Shown here piece after piece: positions 56,288-62,975 of a DNA stretch of 64,000 nucleotides; position 1 is the first letter of the stretch; each line of letters opens with the position of its first letter. The notes under the pieces were generated by a model. It saw only the letters and a list, made by a program, of their open reading frames with translations, had not been told where the DNA came from and ran no database searches. The translations under genes were made by a program, and so were the position numbers. The stretch spans positions 64,001-128,000 of the IMG/VR virus record IMGVR_UViG_3300020430_000008, one strand, 5' to 3'. The DNA comes from a virus.

Positions 56288-56467
56288 GTGGCTAGTAAGA
56301 ACTGGAAGATTCTGGCATACCTGAGAAATGCACTGGAAGAATCGAAAGAAGAAATTATTAAACCCAAGTCCAAGGAAGATTTGATTGACGATGTAATGAA
56401 AATCCGCGAGTTGAAGCGAGTTGAGTTGACATTGCAACACCTCCTTGACAAAGATGGGGATGAGTAA
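56288..56467 (+). CDS. 59-aa helical protein
   Basis: GGAGG SD then GTG; MASKNWKILAYLRNALEES...DKDGDE; below ORF-track cutoff. Confidence 0.6.
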   Translation: MASKNWKILAYLRNALEESKEEIIKPKSKEDLIDDVMKIRELKRVELTLQHLLDKDGDE

Positions 56468-56567
56468 AGAAGAAATAAAACAGATAATCTACGAAGTCGC
56501 AGCGATGAGCATCAAATACTTGATGCCTTTGTATGCGGCTCTTTTTATTTATATGCATGTAACATAA
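56460..56567 (+). CDS. 35-aa membrane peptide
   Basis: MSKEEIKQIIYEVAAMSIKYLMPLYAALFIYMHVT; overlaps the previous ORF end. Confidence 0.45.
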   Translation: MSKEEIKQIIYEVAAMSIKYLMPLYAALFIYMHVT

Positions 56568-56593
56568 AAAAACCCCCTTCCGAAGAAGGGGGC
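56566..56593 (-). terminator. Intrinsic terminator
   Basis: CCCCCTTC-TTCG-GAAGGGGG followed by 7 T, between convergent genes. Confidence 0.92.
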
Positions 56594-56677
56594 TAGGTTG
56601 CGGTGAGTCTCAATTTACTGTTTTATTTTAGGCATGCATGTCAACAGTAGGGATCGAGAATCGATTTTAGTCGCTGA

Positions 56678-57256
56678 TTACTCGGCGACAGGTGGCGGCT
56701 CATTATTTTGAGCAGGGTCAAAAGATGGACCCTCAGCGATAGTAGTCAACTCGATATCAAAGTTAAGAGACTTGCCTGCCAGTGGATGGTTCAAGTCGAG
56801 AGTAACATCGGTATCGGTAAACGATGCAATAGTAGCAAAGATGGGGCGACCATCTTCGGTTGCACCTTGGCAGGGAGCACCTTCAACAAAAACATATCCA
56901 TCAGGAAATTGGTTTCGCTGTACCGTGCTAAATGCCTCTGGGTTTGTGGGACCATATGCTTCCTCGGGTGAGAGAGTAATGGACTTTGTTTGTCCAGCCT
57001 TCATTCCGATAAGCGCATTCTCGAAACCCTTGATAAGTTGACCAGAGCCAACTTGAACTTTGATAGTCTCATTTCGATCATACGAACTATCGAACAGAGT
57101 TCCATCCGTGAACGTTCCCTTGTAATGCAACTCGACAAAGTTCCCCTCAGTCACAAGTGGTGTCTTCTTACGAGTTGTTTTCTTCTTGGCTGCGGTCTTC
57201 TTCGCAGTCGTCTTTTTTGCAGTTGATTTAGCTGCAGTCTTTTTGGTTGTTGCCAT
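56678..57256 (-). CDS. FKBP-type PPIase (SlyD/FkpB-like) with K/T/A-rich N-terminal extension
   Basis: V.LHYKG...G.LFDSS, G.GQLI.GFE.AL.GM, PEEAYG, LDLNHPLAGK.L.F.IE; start ATG 57256 after GGAG. Confidence 0.93.
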   Translation of the reverse strand: MATTKKTAAKSTAKKTTAKKTAAKKKTTRKKTPLVTEGNFVELHYKGTFTDGTLFDSSYDRNETIKVQVGSGQLIKGFENALIGMKAGQTKSITLSPEEAYGPTNPEAFSTVQRNQFPDGYVFVEGAPCQGATEDGRPIFATIASFTDTDVTLDLNHPLAGKSLNFDIELTTIAEGPSFDPAQNNEPPPVAE

Positions 57257-57310
57257 TTGTTGTATATACTCCAATATTGGTTTTGCGCAATGCGACTTTT
57301 TATCTTCTCT

Positions 57311-57339
57311 AATTTAACACACCATAAATGACATGTCAA
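57311..57339 (-). promoter_or_regulatory. Sigma70-type promoter
   Basis: TTGACA-17 nt-TAAATT with upstream A-tract. Confidence 0.7.
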
Positions 57340-57353
57340 GTATTTTTTTTAAA

Positions 57354-57687
57354 TGGTGGAGATGGCGGGAGTCGAACCCGCGTCCAAGATAAATCCAATT
57401 CTAGTCATTCACAAGTTTAGTCAGTTTCTATCAGCCCCTGACAAAGTAGATGGCTATAAGATATCGCTTACCATCCTGTTGCGATAAATGATTTGATTTT
57501 TACAACTGCTCTGTTGTTTTGACCAGATTGGAAAGAAGGCTCTGGTCAGCCTCCCGATTAAGCCGCTAGGCGTGCAGAATCGAAGTGATTGTTGTTATTT
57601 GCAACTATTGTTTTTGAACTGTTAAGGTCGTATCTAACCTACTTGCACTATTCCTCTTTATTACCCTGTCGAATCCTAGTCATCCCC
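57354..57687 (-). ncRNA. ssrA: tmRNA, tag ANNNNHFDSARLAA
   Basis: 5' GGGGATG..GGATTCGAC; 3' GGGTTCGACTCCCGCCATCTCCACCA; G3-U70 pair; tag ORF 57602-57558 begins GCA and ends LAA-stop. Confidence 0.96.
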
Positions 57688-57903
57688 TTTCTTCTTTCTT
57701 TTTTTCTTGGTGATCACGCCAAGTGGCTGACCGCTTTCTCCGTCCAGCCAAATGACGATCTCATCCTTACTTTCTTCTTTTACCGCATTGAGATACTGTA
57801 TCTCTTTCTTTGCCTTCTTGAGCGCTGCTGATTCGCTGGAGTGACTACTAAGTAGTTCTCCTTGAATATAGTGCCCATCCCATTTCCAGACTTTCCAACT
57901 CAT
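57676..57903 (-). CDS. Hypothetical protein
   Basis: 75 aa; stop lies inside the tmRNA 5' end. Confidence 0.55.
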   Translation of the reverse strand: MSWKVWKWDGHYIQGELLSSHSSESAALKKAKKEIQYLNAVKEESKDEIVIWLDGESGQPLGVITKKKRKKKGDD

Positions 57904-57931
57904 TTATCTTACTCATGATACCCTATCAAAA

Positions 57932-58124
57932 CTCTATAAAAGATTGCTAGCACTCCTTGCGTCTAGCTTGCCAGCCTATCTTCAACTACCATCCCTTCTT
58001 AACTGTCCTCAATGTCATATGAGGCTTCATGCTCTCCGCATGGTCTGGATTCTACTCTGAGATGGTTAGGTTCGTTTTAGGCATTGAACCGACCCTTTGT
58101 TTAGTTGTTAAACCCTTTATAGAG
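57932..58124 (-). ncRNA. Candidate structured non-coding RNA (~193 nt)
   Basis: Closed by a 14-bp stem CTCTATAAAGGGTT/AATCTTTTATAGAG; several internal hairpins; no credible minus-strand ORF. Confidence 0.6.
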
Positions 58125-58144
58125 CCATGTAGCTTAATAGGCTC

Positions 58145-58489
58145 TCATCTACTATCCTCATTTATAAAAAAAGATTCTGTGTTATATTGCTTAAGGTTTT
58201 TATTCAACTCTGATACTGTGATTCCTAAGAATCTTGCTGCTTCTTTTTTTGAGCGCGTGGCTGACAATGCATATTTAAGAACAGCATCCCTAGTAATCTC
58301 TGGTAGTGATTTCCATATGGGAAAACCATAGTATTTACCTCTGAGAGATCTAGTACAAAGTTCAAGCTTGAGTGCTATTACTTCTTCTAGTGTTAAAGAA
58401 TTAATCATGACTTCAAATTCGTCACTAATCTTCTTGTCTTTTTGTAGTTTCTTTGATATACTGTAGTATAAATTCTTTCCAGTTTTCAT
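58145..58489 (-). CDS. Fis-like helix-turn-helix protein
   Basis: C-terminal YALSATRSKKEAARFLGITVSELNKNLKQY matches the Fis HTH pattern; start ATG 58489. Confidence 0.7.
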   Translation of the reverse strand: MKTGKNLYYSISKKLQKDKKISDEFEVMINSLTLEEVIALKLELCTRSLRGKYYGFPIWKSLPEITRDAVLKYALSATRSKKEAARFLGITVSELNKNLKQYNTESFFINEDSR

Positions 58490-58532
58490 ATTGCCTTCTA
58501 GGAAAGAGTTAGTAGAACTTAGTAGCAATTAT

Positions 58533-58561
58533 AATATACACTTTTTGGAAGGTCTTGTCAA
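58533..58561 (-). promoter_or_regulatory. Sigma70-type promoter
   Basis: TTGACA-17 nt-TATATT. Confidence 0.78.
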
Positions 58562-58600
58562 GCGAAAAATCAGAAAGATTTCGATCATTTGACATTTTCT

Positions 58601-59077
58601 TTACATACTGTGCTGATCGTATTTTCTAATCTTGTCGTAAAGGCTCTTCAAAATTGGAAGGATTGATTGACCTTGATATTTCCCAGCAAGTCTTCCATCT
58701 GCTTTTAAAGTTTGAATGGCTTGAGGAATGTTCTCTCTGCTGGTATTGTTAATAAATTGTTCCCAAGTGTTAGCGATTATAGCGAGGTCATTCGGTGTAT
58801 CCCTCAGTCCACTAGATACGCGCGCGGGTTCTTGTTGTCTATAGAACTCATCTCTGTGGGGAGGGAACCCTTCCTTTTCTAATGCCTCAGCATCGTAGAC
58901 ATCCTCACGACTATACTTCTCAGGATTTGCCAGAACATCTCTTGCCCATTCTTCTTGAGTGCGCTCAGAGCCGTCAGGGTTTTTGCCAAACTGCGAATAG
59001 CTCCATGCTTCTTGGATAAGATAAATATAAATCTCTTCCTGTACAATTTCGTTAAGTTGTGATTCACTAAGTTTCAT
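58601..59077 (-). CDS. Hypothetical protein, putative head internal protein
   Basis: Amphipathic leader MKLSESQLNEIVQEEI...LIQE. Confidence 0.65.
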   Translation of the reverse strand: MKLSESQLNEIVQEEIYIYLIQEAWSYSQFGKNPDGSERTQEEWARDVLANPEKYSREDVYDAEALEKEGFPPHRDEFYRQQEPARVSSGLRDTPNDLAIIANTWEQFINNTSRENIPQAIQTLKADGRLAGKYQGQSILPILKSLYDKIRKYDQHSM

Positions 59078-59078
59078 T

Positions 59079-60155
59079 TTACAATCCTCCGAAGTCTAGC
59101 TCGTCATCGCCGCCTTCTTCTGGCATTGGCTCTTCCATTCCCATCTCTTCTTCTCCCCCGATATCAGTCTCAGCATCCTTCTCTTGTTCATACTCAGGAG
59201 TTGTAGGCTCTTCAGGTGTTCCTTCAAGTTGTGATTCCCATTGATCAAAATACAGCTTGAGGTTAGTAATCAAATAATCGTAATATTGTTTTCTGTCTGC
59301 TTCGTTGCCTAAGTTAGCATACGCCTCAGTAACATTCTTCTCGACCTTGTTCCAAGCATCGAGTGCATAGTTCCTACCGGTCTTGTCTTCGGTGTCGTCA
59401 ATATCAACACCTGCAGCAAATTCTTCGCGCTCTGACTCAAGAGGGTCTTCGTCTTTCTCAGGCTCTTGACCGAGCATCGGTGCTGCAGCTTCGACCTCAT
59501 CTTCGGGAGTGTCGCCTACAGAAAGCTCAGCCTCAAACAAGGCTCTCACAGCCTCTTCAAGCGCGCCTAAAGCGTCAGCCTCACCGTCAGCCTCACCAGC
59601 ACCGTCAGCGGCGTTAGGAAGCCCGCTAACGCGCTCAATGCCCAATGCCTTTACAACAGCGTTGATGATATGGGCGCGGAACGACTGTCTTTGCTCAGGA
59701 GCGGTGGTAAGCGTCTTATAAGCTTTCTCCAACTCGGACAAAGTATTAGTGTTTAGCAGCATCTGGTCAAGAGCGTTGCCACCAGTATTCATTGTTGGGG
59801 CATCCGTCGCTGAATCGTCTTCGTTAATAAGGCTGCGAATAATATTACGCAGTTTAGTTTCTTCAAGGCTCATTTCTTGTTTGAGTTTAGCGATTGCTTT
59901 GTCAAGCTTATTATTGCGATCAAGTCTTGGGTTGTAATCGATTCGCACATGCACGCCATTGACTGGATCATAACGATAATTGGGAATCTTTTCGTCACGC
60001 CCGCCAGCCTTCACTAATGGATTTCTTTGGGGTCCACCGACAGCACGACCCGGTACATAGCGCTCTTCGGCTAAGCGCTTCTTGCGTACAACACGGATTG
60101 CTTTGCGGATATTCTCACGCAGCAGCATCTCGTTATAAAAATCTAAACGGTTCAT
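59079..60155 (-). CDS. Acidic protein, putative scaffold/head internal
   Basis: LRENIRKAI and KLRNIIRSLINE motifs; E/D-rich linkers. Confidence 0.6.
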   Translation of the reverse strand: MNRLDFYNEMLLRENIRKAIRVVRKKRLAEERYVPGRAVGGPQRNPLVKAGGRDEKIPNYRYDPVNGVHVRIDYNPRLDRNNKLDKAIAKLKQEMSLEETKLRNIIRSLINEDDSATDAPTMNTGGNALDQMLLNTNTLSELEKAYKTLTTAPEQRQSFRAHIINAVVKALGIERVSGLPNAADGAGEADGEADALGALEEAVRALFEAELSVGDTPEDEVEAAAPMLGQEPEKDEDPLESEREEFAAGVDIDDTEDKTGRNYALDAWNKVEKNVTEAYANLGNEADRKQYYDYLITNLKLYFDQWESQLEGTPEEPTTPEYEQEKDAETDIGGEEEMGMEEPMPEEGGDDELDFGGL

Positions 60156-60160
60156 GTTAT

Positions 60161-60168
60161 TAAATAGT
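60161..60168 (-). promoter_or_regulatory. Putative late promoter motif ACTATTTA
   Basis: 5 nt upstream of ATG 60155. Confidence 0.5.
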
Positions 60169-60171
60169 CTC

Positions 60172-62547
60172 CTATGCGCCGAAAGTATTCGGTCCCGGCT
60201 TAGCTTTATTTTTTATTGGATCGATCTCATCTTCTTCATCATAGTAAGGTGCGCGCTCAACTGGATCAACAGTAAAGTTTGCTGCACCCCAAGCTAAATC
60301 TGACAGTGCCTCATCAATCTCTTCTTCGCTTTCATTTTGAGAACCGTATGTGATACAAGGGTCTTGCCCGCAACCACAGTTCTTCTTTTCTGATTCTTCA
60401 ATTTCGTCGTCCTCTTCACGAATCAAAGTGTCCACCTTTTTCTTCTTCTTCTTGTTGTATGCGCTAGCTGGTCCCTCAACAGCACCGCCAGCCATGGCTG
60501 ACATTTCATCCATTGTTTCTTCAACAAGTCTTTGAAGAGTTTCAGCAACTTGTGCCTGCTCTGGGTCGCTCATTGCAACCTGTGCTCCCATCATATTAAT
60601 AACTTCTTCCGCTTGACCTCTGAGAGCTTGGGGCAAAAACTGTGCTACAGTTTCCTTGTCTCCTGCTTCAATGGCATTGCGAAAATCAGTCGCACTCAGT
60701 GGCACATTTGTCACTGTCTCTTCACCCGTTTCTTCATCGACTTTTACTACTTGACGTGTAAACTCTTTTCCGTCAATATCGATTGCAAATTGTTCACCAG
60801 CCAAAATGCGCACACCATCTCTGGCGTACTTTTGTACGCTGCCAGCAAATCGTGAATGATCACCCCCTTTGGTGCTGACTCCAAGTATTACATGGTCGCC
60901 CGGTTGTGCTTTCTGTGGGTCGTTGTCTTCGTTGCCCACATAGTTATAGGTCATTTTGATTGGTGAATTATCTGTTGACACATAGACCTTGACTGTCTCG
61001 CTTAAGCCATATGCGTCGATATACTTTTTCCATAAATTCAAAGAATGTTCTGATGTAAAGTCAATAGGCTGGGCAAACTCACCATCACTTTGTCTGCTGA
61101 GGGGAGAAATGAAGATTTTGACTTCATCTGCCATGACGCTATATTGACGTACCATGGCGAAGTGCCCACGGTGTGGCAACTTAAACGCGCCGGGAACAAT
61201 AGCAACGACTCTTCGCTGCCCTTGGTTCTCATCAAGTCTATCAATCGCTTCAACATCGCCACGACCGTATCGAAACAATCCTAGGATTTGATTGATAGGT
61301 GCAAAGTTACCAGTGAACTTATACATCTGTCCATTGTAAGTAAACACAAAGCCCTCGACTGCAGTATTAACATTGTCGTGGCTCTTGAGCTTCTTAAGTT
61401 GTCTTATTAAAATATTGTGTGCTTCATCTCTGCCCGGTCCATCATAATTTTGGATCTTGTCAATAGCAGTAGCTACCTCGCTTCGCAGTCTCTCAAGTTC
61501 TCTTGCGTTGTCAAGAATATAAGCACTTTCTAAACCTTTCAACATTTCAACTGCAAAATCGTGAATCGCATCCTCGATGGGTTCAATGATTTCACCCAGC
61601 AGTTTCTTTTTATTATTCTTTTCGAGCAACTGGGCAAGTGCTGCTACTTCGTTCTCGTCTTTTAACATCTTACGAACGAGTCGAATATTCTTTCTGCCCT
61701 TGGTTGCTTTGATGTGATCAATAATGTGACCAACCACTTCCTTGTTTGCGCTCGGTACTGCTCTCTTGATAATAGGAGTCAGCTTCATATCAGTGTATTG
61801 ACCAATTGTCATGTTGCCACTGAACCCTGCGTGATTCATACGACGCAAAGTGTCTTCTAATATACTTTTGTCTGCAAGCGCCTGTAGCTGCAGTACAGCC
61901 GTCTTGCGGACTGAGAAGGGCTCATCCCCTGTTGCTTCTTCAAAGCGGTCCAGAACGTCGTCGAGCGTCTGAGAAATGCGGTTGACTGCAGAGTCTGTCA
62001 CATTCACAACTTGATCAGAATCTTCGATGTATTGCTTATGACCAGATGCATGGATTGACAAAACATTAGCATCATAGTTAACAACGTTAGATGCCCCCGG
62101 TCCTTGAATCTCCGTGTTCAAGAATACGGGAGCCTCTGCACCAAAGAGCATTGCCTGCTCATCCGGCGTCAAGCTTCTTGCAGCTTTTTCAAAAGCGCGG
62201 AAGGATGCGGTGTATACTCTCTTGACACCCTCGCCGCCTTTGAATACACGCGCAGCGAGGTCAGCAGCGTTGCTGCCTCCCTTACGCATGTCGCTCTTGT
62301 TGCGAGCATAACGAGCTTCACCATCGACAAAACTGAGGTAGATATTATAGCCGTCTGTCTTCTCGGTCCCAACCAAATCACCACGCGCAGCGGTGCTAAG
62401 GATCTCTTCCATGTCTGAATAAGAGAGATCGGGATTATCGTACAGGTGTGCCAAATGCCCAGCAACGCCTCCTTCTAACAGGAGTCGCTTCCCGCGCCTT
62501 TCAGTTTCCTTCAATAGCTTTCTATAAAGTTCGTCATTCATTGTCAC
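60172..62547 (-). CDS. Ligase-like nucleotidyltransferase domain fused to HxGH nucleotidyltransferase
   Basis: EKTDG (motif I), EGFVF (IV), YKFTG (V); then PGAFKLPHRGH...SATDFR; acidic tail. Confidence 0.7.
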   Translation of the reverse strand: MTMNDELYRKLLKETERRGKRLLLEGGVAGHLAHLYDNPDLSYSDMEEILSTAARGDLVGTEKTDGYNIYLSFVDGEARYARNKSDMRKGGSNAADLAARVFKGGEGVKRVYTASFRAFEKAARSLTPDEQAMLFGAEAPVFLNTEIQGPGASNVVNYDANVLSIHASGHKQYIEDSDQVVNVTDSAVNRISQTLDDVLDRFEEATGDEPFSVRKTAVLQLQALADKSILEDTLRRMNHAGFSGNMTIGQYTDMKLTPIIKRAVPSANKEVVGHIIDHIKATKGRKNIRLVRKMLKDENEVAALAQLLEKNNKKKLLGEIIEPIEDAIHDFAVEMLKGLESAYILDNARELERLRSEVATAIDKIQNYDGPGRDEAHNILIRQLKKLKSHDNVNTAVEGFVFTYNGQMYKFTGNFAPINQILGLFRYGRGDVEAIDRLDENQGQRRVVAIVPGAFKLPHRGHFAMVRQYSVMADEVKIFISPLSRQSDGEFAQPIDFTSEHSLNLWKKYIDAYGLSETVKVYVSTDNSPIKMTYNYVGNEDNDPQKAQPGDHVILGVSTKGGDHSRFAGSVQKYARDGVRILAGEQFAIDIDGKEFTRQVVKVDEETGEETVTNVPLSATDFRNAIEAGDKETVAQFLPQALRGQAEEVINMMGAQVAMSDPEQAQVAETLQRLVEETMDEMSAMAGGAVEGPASAYNKKKKKKVDTLIREEDDEIEESEKKNCGCGQDPCITYGSQNESEEEIDEALSDLAWGAANFTVDPVERAPYYDEEDEIDPIKNKAKPGPNTFGA

Positions 62548-62800
62548 CCTTACCTTCTTCTAAAACTTGTAGTTTTTCTTGAAGAAGAGCAACTTCGTTT
62601 TGCAGACGCTTAACAGATCTACGAATTTCTTTCAAATGAGACTTGGCGATTTCAATGCGACGTTCATCAGTTCTGCTGCCGGGACGGACTTGTGCCAGTA
62701 CCTCTTCCAGAGATTGAATAAAGCTCGCAACCGAGGGCAACTTGCCCTCGGTTAGAAACCTTCTTGTCATTTTGTCGAAATCAATCTGCTTTCGGTGCAT
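62534..62800 (-). CDS. Hypothetical coiled-coil protein
   Basis: 88 aa; RRFLTE near the N-terminus, C-terminal heptads. Confidence 0.55.
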   Translation of the reverse strand: MHRKQIDFDKMTRRFLTEGKLPSVASFIQSLEEVLAQVRPGSRTDERRIEIAKSHLKEIRRSVKRLQNEVALLQEKLQVLEEGKGDNE

Positions 62801-62975
62801 TCTTAGTTGCCTTCTTTGCTTTACTCTTTACGGCAGGCGCTGCTGGTGCAGCTTCCCCTGCAGGTTGTGCAACCTCGACAACTTCCTCAACAACTGGTGC
62901 TGGTTCTGGAGCCGGCGCTGCATTTCTTGCTGCAACTCTACGAGTCAGCAGTCTTTTCTTCCATACTTTGCCCAT
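62781..62975 (-). CDS. Low-complexity A/P/K-rich small protein
   Basis: 64 aa; start abuts the upstream stop. Confidence 0.5.
   Translation of the reverse strand: MGKVWKKRLLTRRVAARNAAPAPEPAPVVEEVVEVAQPAGEAAPAAPAVKSKAKKATKNAPKAD

Noticed and set aside
56255-56558. Minus-strand 61-66 aa ORFs
   Set aside because: Lie beyond the minus-strand terminator; the plus-strand ORFs have an SD and a more protein-like sequence.
57932-58124. Group I intron, RNase P or 6S identity
   Set aside because: GCCUA/UAGGC looks P7-like but there is no room for P4-P6 and no interrupted gene; RNase P conserved regions absent; fold is branched, not a 6S rod.
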